A model generated the notes under the pieces. The model had not been told where the DNA came from, did no database searches, and saw only the letters and a list, made by a program, of their open reading frames with translations. This document shows, piece by piece, positions 1 through 11,790 of a stretch of DNA of 64,000 nucleotides. The position numbers and the translations under genes were made by a program. The stretch lies in assembly GCA_951406725.2 (NCBI GenBank), contig OX597819.1, positions 13,020,001 through 13,084,000 on the forward strand, written 5' to 3'. The first letter of the stretch is position 1. Each line of letters starts with the position of its first letter. Origin of the DNA: Octopus vulgaris (taxonomy: Eukaryota).

Positions 1-264
1 AAGTCTTGGTCATGGCCTCTGTGAGGCCCAACACTCGAAAGGAGCTTTTTATGTGCCACCGGCATCAACCACTTTGCCTTCATGAGGCCCCACACTTGAC
101 AGTGCTTTTTATGTGCCACCAGCACAGGTGTCAGTTATGTGACACCAGCATCAGTCATGCCTACAGTTTCACTTGGCTTGATGTGCCTTCTCAAGCATTG
201 CATATCATCAAAGGTCTCAGTCACCAGTCATTGCCTCTGTGAGGCCCAAAGTTTGAAGATCATG

Positions 265-1445
265 CTTCACCACCTCATCCCATGTCTTCCTGGCTCCACT
301 CTACCACATGTTCCCTCCACAGTTAGTGATCGGCACTCCTTTGTACAGCCGTCCTCATCCATATGCATCCCATGATCATACCAGTGCAGTCGTCTCTCTT
401 GCACACCACATATGATGCCTCTTATACCCAACCTTTCTCTCAAGATGCTTACACTCTGTCGAACATGCACACTGACATTGCATATCCAGCGAAGCATACT
501 GGCTTCATTTATCTCAAACTTTTGCAAGTCCTCTGTAGTCAAAGCCCATGTTTCGCTGCAGTGTAACATAGCTGTTCACACAGAGGCATCATAGAATCTA
601 CCTTTCAATCTGAGTGAGAGGCCCTTTGTTGCCAGCACAGAGCTCTCTGAACTTTACCTAGCTAGCGTAATCTTATTCTCACAGCTATGCTTTTGGAGCA
701 TCCACCTCCACTACTGACTTTGTCATCTAGTTAAAAGAAGCTATCAACTACCTCTAACTTACCTCTATTTTCTGTAGATTTTTGGTGTTTCCTGGGGGAG
801 GCACTAGGGGCAGTCCACCCTGGGTGGCATTTTTGGGTCTGCTGTAGGCAATATGCATTTTTTGTTGGATCTGGGGGTAGCAGACGGAAGGGCTACTCCA
901 GGTGACACACACAAAAGCTGTTTTCCTTGTTAACCTTCCTTTGATATTACTGCACCTCTTATGTGTCCATAGCTTACACTGGGTACAACTTATGGAATTT
1001 TTACTTACACCTTTTCTACAGATTGAGCAGGTCCATCAACCTGAAGAAATTTGTGATTTGTCTGCCTTCCTACTTACTAAGATTTTGGTTTTTGCTAGGT
1101 TTTTGCTAAGGCCCTTCAATTCTAGACCTTGCTTCCAAACCTGAAACTTCTTCTCTAGTTCCAGTAGTGATTTAGCTATAAGACCAATGTCATCAGCATA
1201 GAGGAGCTCCCAAAGGCAGCCTGTCTTAAATTTCTCTGTTATTGCCTAGAGGACTATGATGAAAAGGAGGCTTAGGACCAATCCTTGGTGAACCCCTACT
1301 TGTACCTTGAAATCTTCACTGTACTGATTGCCAATACTCATCTTACTCATCTATCCCTAGTTTCCGCATTGACCACCAGATGAGGGATCAGGGGACCCTG
1401 TCAAAGGCTTTCTCCAAGTCAACAAAAGCCAAGTACAGAGATTTA
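265..1445 (-). mobile_element. Decayed RTE-clade LINE, RT and C-terminal region
   Basis: Minus-strand translation gives LYLAFVDLEKAFDRVP (~1395-1440), GVHQG...WELLYADDIGLIA (YADD at 1189-1200), a CxxC..CxxCxxxxHxxC finger (905-1035) and the RTE C-terminus MLHCSETWAL...RERLGI...RRLHWY (267-569). Stops and frameshifts present. Confidence 0.9.
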
Positions 1446-1635
1446 TGATTAGTGGTTCTCAGCTTGGGTCCACATGACCCTTCAAGGTCCATATCAAATT
1501 TTGTTGGAGCCTGGTCCAGCTCTCTGGCTTACCAATTCCAGTCAAACCATCCAACACATGCCAGCATGGCAAACAGATGCTAAATGATGATGATGATGAG
1601 GAGGAGGAAGAAATTGCATTTACTTCTACAATATA

Positions 1636-1810
1636 GGTGCAGGAGTGTCTGTGTGGTAAGTAGCTTGCTTACCAACCACATGGTTCCAGGTTCAGTCCCA
1701 TTGCTTACCACCTTTGATAAATGTCTTCTACTATAATAGCCTTGGGCCAACCAAAGCCTTGTGAGTAGATTTGGTAGATGGAAAGTGAAAGGAGCCTGCT
1801 GTGTATATAT
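1636..1810 (+). mobile_element. SINE family A, 5' half
   Basis: GGTGCAGGAGTG.CTGTGTGGTAAG...GGTTCAGTCCC tRNA-like A/B boxes; matches the full copies. Confidence 0.85.
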
Positions 1811-2000
1811 CATCATCATCGTTTAACGTCCGTTTTCCATGCTAGTATGGGTTGGACGGTTTGACCAGGGTCTGGGAAGCCAGGAGGCTACACCAGGCTC
1901 CAGTCTGATCTGGCAGTGTTTCTACAGCTGGATGCCCTTGATAACGCCAACCACTCCATGAGTGTAGTGGGTGCTTTTTTACGTGCCACCGGCACAGGAA
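1811..2000 (-). mobile_element. SINE-like family B with (GAT)n tail
   Basis: (CAT)n-CGTTTAACGTCCGTTTTCCATGCTAG...CTACAGCTGGATGCCC. Further copies at about 4610-4850, 6570-7000, 7100-7400, 23270-23620, 25460-25770, 27290-27695, 31545-31900, 33690-33920, 35200-35480, 44310-44510, 45935-46260, 46440-46700 and 56740-56910. Confidence 0.85.
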
Positions 2001-3111
2001 TATATATAGGTGCAGGAGTGGCTGTGTGGTAAGAAGCTTGCTTCCCAACCATATGTTTCTGAGTTCAGTCTCACTGTGTGGCACCTTAGGCAAGTATCTT
2101 CTACTATAGCCTCAGGTTGACCAAAGCCTTGTTAGGGAGTTCAATAGCTTGTTCTCTAAACAATTTTCTCTGGGCTATCCACTGAAGTCCATAGAAAAGT
2201 TTATAATGTATAACACTACCAACTGAGTTGCTCATGTATGGCTGGTGCCATATTTCTGTTGATGAGTTCGTAATAAGGCTGAAACATCTGCAATTGTCTC
2301 CTTTATTTGTCAAAATAATATCAATATTATTATAGTATTGACTGTTTTTTTTTCTTCACCACATAGTTAGCGTTTTAATGCACACTGCATCAAAATATAT
2401 TCGCAGTAATTTAACTATTGTATTTCATACCGATAGCATCTCTAAGTAGTCAATTTATGATAAGTGAATAATCAATATTTTGTAAAAATAAATGTAAAAA
2501 TTTGATATGTGGGAGATTTATAATTAATTTTTCAATACATGGATAGAGAAGTACTTGTTAGGTTATCTCACTCCCCCACCCTAGCCTAGCAAAATATTTT
2601 CACAATTAATCAATTAATAGTAATAGTACCATTAGAGAACTGGAATCTTGTTAGTTGACTGTTGAGATTTTAGCTTCTATGTCTCTCTAGTATCTGTGAG
2701 TGTGAGATTGTTGAAATGTGTTTTGGAAAATAATCCCAGTTTACTGACAGACGCAGGCATAGATTAAGTTTAATAGTTTTTGCCTCTGTTCAGAAGAAGC
2801 ATTGTTCTGTTTATTTTTTATCTATTTTTATTTTTGTTATAAATCAGTTTCAATAAAGGAAAAATTATTTAGAAATAATTTCCTTGTTGTTGCCGAAGTT
2901 GTTTTTCAAGGCAATAAACAAAACACAGACTTTATTTCATAGTTTTATTGAAAAACTCAATAAACAGGTCATGTTACAGTTAATACCTGATCGGCCACCT
3001 GATGTATATAGGGAGAACAGAGGATAAGCAGTGGAGCGCACCAGAAAATAGATGTGAAATAATCCAATTGCATCGCATAAACAAGACTGCATCATCAGCA
3101 TCATCAGTCAA

Positions 3112-3180
3112 CATCCGTTCAACCCATGCCACACCCATCCAATCAACCCATGCCACACCCATCCGTTCAACCCATGCTGG
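3112..3180. repeat. 22-bp tandem repeat x3 at a family B tail
   Basis: CATCCGTTCAACCCATGCCACACC-like unit repeated three times. Confidence 0.8.
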
Positions 3181-3734
3181 CAGAGGTTGGACAGTTTAAC
3201 CCTGTCATGCTATATTCCTACTATAATGAGAACAGGTTAAACATCATCACCGCTGGATTCCTGGTAAAACAATAATGAACCACATACATAGAAAAAGAAG
3301 ATGCAGGTAATTCTGTTCATTAATTTACCTGCGATTGTTACTCTTGAGCTGTATATGCAATTATTTATCATTTTGCTCCAGAGCCCAGGTGAAGTTAGAC
3401 TCAGGGACCCAGCTTTGAGACGGTGAAGATCTAACAAGTCAGAAAACTGCATTGAGCCTCTGGTGTCTCTTTTGGCATGGTTTACATGGTTTGATGCTGT
3501 TGCTAATGCCAACCACTTTACAAAGTGTATTGGATGCTTTTTTCCTCAGCCCCCAGCACCAGTGGGGTTACTAAGTAACTTGTAAAACAAAGAAAAAGAT
3601 CTTTCAGCTGAGTGAGGTCATAGAAGACAAAGAGGTACATCTATGCCATGTAGGGAGAAGCTAAACTATGATCAAGGGACAGGGACGGGTGTTTTACGAT
3701 AGAAGACCTACATGGTTACCCTGGCTAGTCCACA

Positions 3735-3935
3735 TTACTCTGTAAGGTGCATAGGGTCAGTTGCTCTAGTGTATACATTCTTCCCTGGATGGGATGTTAG
3801 TCCTTTGCAGGATTACTCTTTTTTACCAGCTGAGTGGACTAGAGCAACATGAAATGAAGTGTCTTGCTCAAGAACATAATGCATCGCCTGATCCAGGAAT
3901 CGAACCATGAGTCCAATACTCTAACCACTAAGCTA
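3735..3935 (-). mobile_element. Older tRNA-derived SINE (relatives at 27960-28085 and 48240-48480)
   Basis: Shared GAGCAACATGAAATGAAGTGTCTTGCTCAAG core and reverse-strand B box (GGAATCGAACC) and A box (CTAACCACTA). Confidence 0.65.
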
Positions 3936-5384
3936 TGTGTCTGTACTACATGGTTATCCTAGATCACATTATATTATATGGATAGGTGGGAGTATGTGCA
4001 AAGAAGGCATGTGTAAATTGTTTGTATAGTTTTGAGATGTAATTAAAGATGTGTACAAATAACCTTTTGTCCTAATTGTAACTTAACCTGTTCAACAATG
4101 GTGAAATGGCAGGATTTCTTTTCTCAAATGGATTCTGTCATTCACTTTTGAGAAAATTATGTTTCTGTTAGTTTAGAATATGGATTAACTCAAAAACTGT
4201 CTGCCAGGACACAACACTGGGGTGGCTCTAAAAATATTCACAGCTATATGTTACATGTACTTTGCCTCTTTTTTTTTTAATGACCCAGTGTGTGGTTAAG
4301 AACCCTGCTTCACAACCAGGTGACTTCAGGTTCAATCCCTCTGTGGGGGAATTCAGGCAGATACTTAATACTATATTTCCTGCGCTAACCAAATCCTTGT
4401 GAGTGGATTTGTCGACAAAATTTGTCAAGTGGTTGGAGTTTGGAAGGGTATCTAAGGAAAAAAGTCTTGCCAAAGTAGACATTGGAGCTCAGCACAGCTG
4501 TCTGGTACGTTGGTTCCTATTGAATCAGCCAACCTATGCCAGTATAGAAAAGGTGATGTTAAATTATGATGATTTGATGTTTGTGTGTGTACCCTTGTCT
4601 TGACATCATGTCATCATCATCATCTGCTTTCCATGCTGGCATGGGTTGGATGGTTTGGCTGAGGACTGGCAAGCCGGGAGGCTGCACTAGGCTCCAATCT
4701 GATTTGGCAAGGTTTCTACAGCTGGATGCTACACTCTGAGAGTGTAGTAGGTGCTTTTTACAGGTCACTGGCACTGACCATGCTCAAATGGTGCCTTTTA
4801 TGTGCTACCAGTACAGGTGGCACTGGCATCGGTCATGCTTGAATGGTGCTTTTGTGTAAACGAATAATGTTCATTTTCCAGTTGTTTATGAAAAACCTGT
4901 CTGCCCATGAGAAAACAGGTGAAGGGTTAGTGACGGGAAGAGCCTCCAGACACAGAAAATCTGCTTCAATGAAATCTGTTTGACCCAAGTAAGCATGGAA
5001 AAGAATACATTAAGATGAAGATTTAAGTAGATGTGACCTAATAATAATATTTATCCTGAGCAGTGTTGTACAGATTTTCTTTTATTAGGAAGAAAGTACC
5101 TACATTTTCTTATTTTTCTGAAGTGAGTCACTTGGACTGTACCGACATTATTTTCATTGTCTGCTGCAATATTAAAGAAAACCAGTTGGAAGCCAGCGAG
5201 CAGAAGGAAGGTTATTAGCTTAATTAACTTGTGATAAACAAGGATCCTGTTCTGTATGTGCTGCAAATCACAGTGTGATTCTGTCTCTGCCAGTAGGGTG
5301 CCAGATTAAAAGCTAGGGGAGCTTCTATGTGGTCATTTAGCCTACTAGAAATAGAGGCTAAATCTCTCACAAATTATACACAAC

Positions 5385-5762
5385 TCTTTTACTTGTTTCA
5401 GTCATTTGACTGTGGCCATGCTGGAGCACCGCCTTTAGTTGAGCAAATTGACCCCAAGACTTATTCTTTGTAAGCCTAGTACCTATTCTGTCGGTCTCTT
5501 TTGCTGAACCACTAAGGTATGGGGATATAAACACACTAGCATCGGTTGTCAAGTGATGTTGGGGGGACAAACACAGACACACAAACATATACACACGTAC
5601 ATATATATATATATATTCATATATATATGACGGGCTTCTTTCAGTTTCCATCTACCAAATCCACTCACAAGGCTTTGGTCGGCCCAAGGCTATAGTAGAA
5701 GATGCTTGCTCAAGGTGCTATGAAGTGGGACTGAACCTGGAACCAGCCACTCCTATGCCTAT
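5385..5762 (-). mobile_element. SINE family A, inserted in a family E repeat
   Basis: Reverse complement of the ~400-bp family A consensus with internal (TA/CA)n and a (GTAAAAGA)n tail. Confidence 0.9.
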
Positions 5763-5909
5763 ACTGTTAAAGAAAAGAAAACAGTGCATTTAGAATTACA
5801 TATACGACTGAAATTAAGATAGGACTGTCATGGCTGGAATGTCTTTTGTCGTTGGTTTCATCAACAAAAATCGATATGTTGTTGATGACTGTTCATATCA
5901 CAAGCCAGC

Positions 5910-6095
5910 AAAAAGGGGCCTATATGTGTCGCTCCGTACGTTAGAAATGGTGGCTAAATTTCTCTTAAATCACACCATTCTATAAACAGGCAAAAGAAGT
6001 GATTTAATCTAAGGTACACTCAACCTTGGCATAAATGGAATACTTTTTATTATGTCTGTTTAAATTGGACCCACATATAGGCTAAACAACAACAA
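5910..6095. repeat. Old ~200-bp interspersed repeat, family E
   Basis: Degenerate consensus TGTTGTTTAGCCCCAGGTCAGCCCTGATC..CCTATGATCAAAG.CATTCCAGCCATGACCATCCC...GAGATTTGGCTGCTATTTCTAGCAGGTC. Relatives at about 8590-8740, 13430-13630, 22020-22200, 34270-34480, 49480-49690, 51500-51700, 51960-52165, 59090-59280, 59700-60445 and 63375-63560. Confidence 0.7.
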
Positions 6096-6210
6096 CAAGA
6101 ACAAGAACAGCCAAGATAACCATTCTGAGTCCCATGCTAAGGTATGACAATTGCTAGCTCAGTCCACATACCTTGCAAATCCCTCATGACACAAGCAGTG
6201 AAACTATTAA

Positions 6211-6432
6211 CTCTTTTGATACCAACCCGGCTGAAACCGCCTCTGGCTTTGTAGTACAAAGGTCTTGTTTTCATAAGTTCTGAATTAAAATCTTCCACCA
6301 AACCTTCAGTCACAATTTATGTTCCTAACACTAGCTGAATGATAACTAAGTTATTTTACTAAAGTCTTTGTTATATTTAAAGTAATTAAAACAAACACAG
6401 AGCATCTCAAAATAAATACAGTAACGAAAGGG
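6211..6432. mobile_element. piggyBac-type MITE
   Basis: TTAA on both flanks (6207-6210, 6433-6436). Termini CTCTTTTGATAC and GTAACGAAAGGG are imperfect inverted repeats of CCCTTTCGTTAC. Confidence 0.8.
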
Positions 6433-6646
6433 TTAAAATTGATGACTGCTAAGAATTTGTGTATTTAGCCATGTCTAGATTTTCATTTGGCTGTGGAGGA
6501 AGAAATAGGAAATCTCTTATAATGCGATGATTGAAGGAAATCTTTGGCTTCAATGACTGACTTTCCTTCATCATCATCATCATCATCATCATCGTTTAAC
6601 ATCCGCTTTCCATGCTGGCATGGGTTGGACGGTTTGACTGATGACT

Positions 6647-6869
6647 GGTGGCGAGCTGGCAGAAACGTTAGCACGCCGGGCGAAATGCGTAGCCGTATTT
6701 CGTCTGTCGTGACGTTCTGAGTTCAAATTCCGCCGACGTCAACTTTGCCTTTCATCCTTTTGGGGTCGATAAATTAAGTACCAGTTACGCACTGGTGTGG
6801 ATGTAATCGACTTAATCCGTTTGTTTGTCCTCTCTGTGTTTAGCCCCTTGTGGGTAGTAAAGAAATAGG
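6647..6869 (+). mobile_element. SINE family M nested in a family B copy
   Basis: tRNA-like head GGCGAGCTGGCAGAA...GAGTTCAAATTCC and core GACTTTGCCTTTCATCCTTT.GGGGTCGATAAATTAAGTACCAG. Flanking duplication GGTTTGACTGATGACTGG at 6631-6648 and 6868-6885. Confidence 0.9.
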
Positions 6870-7584
6870 TTTGACTGATGACTGGCAAGCCAGGAGGCTG
6901 CACCAGGCTTTGATCTGATTTGGCAAGGTTTCTGCAGCTGGATGCCCTTCCTAATGCTAACCACTCCGAGAGTGTAGTGGGTGCTTTTTACGTGCCACCT
7001 TGAATGAATATGATTGTGATTAGAACTTCTAAATGAGATAGATAATCCTTGGTTAGGCAAGTTGTCATTGCTTGGGGAGGATCTTAAATTTTAATTCCTC
7101 ATCATCATCATTTAACATCCGTTTTCCAAGCTGAGATAGGTTGGACAGTTTGACAAGAACTGGCAGGCCAGAGAACTGCCCCAGACTCCTTTGTCTACTT
7201 TGGCATGGTTTCTATGGCCAGATGTCCTTCTGAATACCAACCACTTTACAAAGTGTACTGGGTGCTTTTTATGTGGTACCAGCAGTGTTACCCAACAAAA
7301 AACCCTCACCTGGGAGAGGGATGTGGTATAGAGGGATGTGGATTTGTGCCAGTTGAGAAGTATAATAGAAGGATAGAGATAAGAGTCTTACTGTAGCTTC
7401 CAGTGTGAAGCATGTCATTTCCAAATTTCTGGCAGAGTGAACTGTGTCATGGTGCTGTTTTTTTTCACAAACAGTGCCCAACTGACCCTACTATACTGTG
7501 TATTCGAAAAAAATCAAAGCAAGCAATGTGCATGCACAAAATTAAAAATATAAAATTGTGACAATTTATCCTTTGTACTCTGTA

Positions 7585-8290
7585 CAATGATTCTGGAATG
7601 ATATTGATGCTCAATTATAATTCTGGAACGGTTATGGTGCTGCTATATTATCATTCCAGAATGATAGCATAACACTACTGGATGGAAGCACTCTGTCGGT
7701 TACGACGATGAGGGTTCCAGTTGATCCGAATCAACGGAACAGCCTGCTCGTGAAATTAATGTGTAAGTGGCTGAGCACTCCACAGACACGTGTACCCTTA
7801 ACATAGTTCTCGGGGATATTCAGCGTGACACAGAGAGTGACAAGGCTGGCCCTTTGAAATACAGGTACAACAGAAACAGGAAGTAAGAGTGAGAGAAAGT
7901 TGTGGTGAAAGAGTACAGCAGGGATCACCACCATCCCCTGCTGGAGCCTCGTGGAGCTTTAGGTGTTTTCGCTCAATAAACACTCACAACGCCCGGTCTG
8001 GGAATTGAAACCGCGATCCTAGGACCGCGAGTCCGCTGCCCTAACCACTGGGCCATTGCGCCTCCATAACACTACTACCATTCCAGAATCAGCACAGGAT
8101 AATTATTTTGGAATGATAGTGTTGGTGTTATAACTTTGGATCAATATTGATGTTCTGCTGTAATTCTGCAATGGTAGTTGTGCTGGATTATTATCATTTT
8201 GAAATTGTATTATAATTCTGGAATGATAGTAACACTGTTGTATCATTCTGGAATGATATCTATGCCATAATGTTATTCTGGAATGTTGCA
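7585..8290. repeat. Degenerate ~30-bp array of a palindromic motif, split by a SINE
   Basis: About 10 recurrences of (TATC)ATTCTGGAATGATA / ATTCCAGAATGATA variants separated by variable sequence. Confidence 0.65.
7680..8064 (-). mobile_element. SINE family C (tRNA-derived, probably octopus OR-type)
   Basis: Near-identical to 18749-19134 and 40847-41236. TSD CATAACACTACT at 7668-7679 and 8065-8076. Confidence 0.9.
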
Positions 8291-9092
8291 TATTTAACCT
8301 TCACTGACCTTGTGAATATATATAAATAGTGCAAACATGTTTGCAGTTTTACTAAAAGCATTTGCATTACAGAGCTGCATTTATATGCATATTGTCTAGA
8401 TTGATTTGAAATAATCTCAAATATACTCTAAACTAAATATTTATCTTGCATTATCTTTTTCTTTCCGTCTGTCTGTCAGTCTGCTTGTCTCTCTCTGTCT
8501 CTCTTTATTCTTTGCTTATGGAGATATCTTTGAATTTTAAAAAAATTCTGTATCTTAGCAATAACTCTATGAAGCAAAATATAACTTCTACCTGATTGAT
8601 TGACCAGTTAGAAATGGCAACCAAATCTCCTTCCAGTTACTCCCTATCATCTCATCAAAGGGAAGGGATATGTGTATTTGGGCAGGGTGAATACCTTTAA
8701 TCATTAATCTATTCAAACAATAATAACCTGGTTAAACAGCAGCAATAACTTATGTTTTCACATTCCTATTCACAAAGCTGAGTGTAGTGACTAATACATT
8801 ATAATATTTAATAATATTGAAAATGATGGGAAAAAAAACTGTAATAATTCCTGTGAGATTTGAATGGTGTGTCTGCGTAAACCATTGCGCTGGGCTAATG
8901 ACTACACATATATTGCATATATTTCAATTATGATAAAAGGGTAAAAGTAATTAATTAATTAATCAATTAATTAATTAATTAATTAATCAATTAATTAATT
9001 AATAATTAATAATTTTACCAAGTAGTTTGGTTCATTAAAATAACCTTTATTAGGTAAAATTATACAAATATTCTATAATTATAAACATAATA

Positions 9093-9476
9093 AGCGTAGG
9101 AGTGGCTGTGTGGTAAGTAGCTTGCTTACCAACCACATGGTTCCAGGTTCAGTCCCACTGTGTGGCACCTTGGGCAAGTGTCTTCTACTACAGCCTTGGG
9201 CCAACCGAAGCCTTGTGAGTGGATTTGGTAAATGGCAACTGAAAGAAGCCCATCGTATATATGCATATATGTATGTGTTTGTGTTTGTCCCCACAACATC
9301 ACTTGACAACCAATGCTGGTGTGTTTATGTCCCCGTAACTTAGTGGTTCGGCAAAAGAGCCCGATAGAATAAGTACTAAGCTTACAAAGAATAAGTCCTG
9401 GGGTTGATTTGCTCGACTAAAGGCGGTGCTCCAGCATGGCCACAGTCAATTGACTGAAACAAATAAAAGAGTAAAG
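9093..9476 (+). mobile_element. SINE family A, full length
   Basis: tRNA head, ACCTTGGGCAAGT CORE-like motif, internal microsatellite, AAAGAGTAAA tail. Confidence 0.9.
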
Positions 9477-9597
9477 TGAGAAAAGAGAGAATATAATTAT
9501 AATCAGGGGTCAGCTAATTGCTTCGCCACGCACCGAATTTAGAAATAGGAGTTAAAATGCCCTTTCTACTACCACAAAGATCTCCCAGACAGTAGAT

Positions 9598-9693
9598 GCG
9601 TGGCATCTTGGGCAAGTGTCTTCTGCTATAGCCCCGGGCCAACCAATGCCTTGTGAGTGGATTTGGTAGATGGAAACTGAAAGAAGCCTGTTG

Positions 9694-9730
<37 letters not shown>

Positions 9731-9930
9731 CTGTGTTTGTCCCCCTAGCATTGCTTGACAACCGATGCTGGTGTGTTTACGTCCCCGTCACTTAGCGGTT
9801 CGGCAAAAGAGACCGATAGAATAAGTACTAAGCTTACAAAGAATAAGTCCCAGGGTCGATTTGCTCGACTAAAGGCGGTGCTCCAGCATGGCCGCAGTCA
9901 AATGACTGAAACAAGTAAAAGAGTAAAAGA
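9598..9930 (+). mobile_element. SINE family A, 5'-truncated
   Basis: Matches the family A consensus from GCGTGGCATCTTGGGCAAG to the tail. Confidence 0.9.
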
Positions 9931-10589
9931 ATCAATCATCATTGCATAGATTACATATATGCATATCTATTTATCTGTATCTGTCTGGAATATATGATGT
10001 CTGTCTATCTACCCAACCACCCATATGCATGTTTCACTCATTATTTTTTCTTCTAACACTCTTCCATGTGTTCTTCCATTGCTGATTCCTTAAGAGTGAA
10101 AATTTTTGCGGCTGTGAGCACAGCTTTGATTTCTTATGAATTAAGCTTTTTGTCTGAATCTGAAGATGCATTCTTATAAAACAAAAATCCTATATGTGGC
10201 TAATTTATATACAGGTACATATATATAACCTTAACCATACATAAATCAGTTGTATTTAACATTAAAATACCTACATTTCACATCTGTCCTCTGGATCCTT
10301 TATCACCTTTGAACAGGTATGAGCTCTGGTATGCTATTACTTGAGCCTTGTATGCGAAGATTCCACTTGGTGATCTGGTAACTATTTCCAACAGTTAAGT
10401 GGACATAAACAAGGAGTTTAATTGCATAAAATATTTGCTGTGACTTGAACTCAAGTTGTTGTTGTTTTAGCTCCAGGTAAGTCTTGATGGTGGACAAAAA
10501 CCCTCCAATCAAAGACATTCTAACCATAATAGTTCTATTCTTATTTTAACACACTGTCTCCAAGACACTGCTACTATATTCCAAATAAA

Positions 10590-10980
10590 GGCGGTGAGCT
10601 GGCAGAAACATTAGCACGCCAGGTGAAATGCTTTGCGGTATTTCGTCTACCGCTACGTTCTGAGTTCAAATTCTGCCGAGGTCGACTTTGCCTTTCATCC
10701 TTTTGGGGGTCTATTAAATAAGTACCAGTTATGCACTGAGGTCGATGTAATCGACTTAATCCATTTGTCTGTCCTTGTTTGTCCCCTCTGTGTTTAGCCT
10801 CTTGTGGGTAGTAAAGAAATAGATATTTCGTTTGTCCTTACGTTCTGAGTTCAAATTCCACTTAGGTTGACTTTGCCTTTCATCCTTTCGGGGTCGATAG
10901 ATTAAGTACCTGTACTGGTGTCCATCTAACCAACTGGCCCCTCCCCCAAAAATTTCAGGCTTTATGCCTAGAGTAGAAAA
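10590..10980 (+). mobile_element. SINE family M dimer
   Basis: Full unit plus a headless second unit. A single TSD pair TACTATATTCCAA at 10572-10584 and 10981-10993. Confidence 0.85.
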
Positions 10981-11426
10981 TACTATATTCCAATATACGC
11001 AGTTCCATTCCATTGAAGATAGAACAATAAAATGTAAGAGAAATTGGTTGCTGTTGCTAAAAGACAAGCAACTGTGTTGTGTTATTCATGTTGTTTTGAT
11101 CTCTGGTGCACTGAATAAGATGTTGAAAGTTTTACAGCATAGCAGCAGATTTGTAACAGTTTTAAAATTGATTTCAAGCAGACATGGGTGCATGCATTGC
11201 ACTTTGCTGCAACGAAATACAAAATGCACCAGTGAAATGCATCAGAAACATTCAGGTTGTCTAAATATCCTGGCATTTTCTGACCCAACCTCAAAAACTT
11301 CTGATAGTTATACAATGATATAATGGTTGAAAATGTCTAGGGTTGAAGCTACCTCTTTGGGTCCTGTGCTTAAAATTGATGATTCACTGCCATTGCGCCT
11401 TCATTGGTCAGTTAAAGTTGAGACAG

Positions 11427-11790
11427 TGTCACGTGACAACTTGCTGGGGCTGCCTGCTGGAGCCTAGTGGCAGGTATTTAAAGGGAAAAAATTTGACGAG
11501 TCAGTCAGTCGCCAGCTGACACTCGTTGACGCTACATCGAAGAGGCCAGGGAACTGAAGAGAGAAGAAAGAAGACATGCACCCAACACCGGAGCTGAAGA
11601 CACCTCCGAAAGGGGGTGCCCTGCCACGTCAAAACGGTAAAGGAGTAGGGGCCAAAACCGGATGTGGTTCCTCCTGATGATGTCTTGAGCTAACTGGATC
11701 CTATAAAGGAGCTGTTGTGGAAGCAGACCACAAAACACGGTTGTAATTCCTAGCCAGTTTCTTCCTACCCAACTAATAGTCAAGCTTACA
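11427..11790 (+). mobile_element. Solo LTR- or pseudo-LTR-like segment
   Basis: GC-richer block starting TGTCAC and ending TTACA; TATTTAAA at 11475 and TCAGTC Inr-like motif at 11501. No TSD seen. Confidence 0.35.

Noticed and set aside
2744-2793. miRNA-like hairpin
   Set aside because: Pairing is too interrupted and no known mature miRNA was recognised.
7731-7983. Recurrent 61-73 aa ORFs (MFIERKHLK..., MVVIPAVLF...) as a gene family
   Set aside because: They recur only because they lie inside family C SINE copies.
7585-8290. CRISPR array
   Set aside because: Eukaryotic context, no cas genes, degenerate repeats and spacers of only about 10-15 nt.
10280-10420. Coding exon
   Set aside because: No frame with matching splice sites or a recognisable protein.
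11040-11330. hAT transposase remnant (GA..M...FVTVLK...HC)
   Set aside because: Similarity is too weak to support without a profile search.
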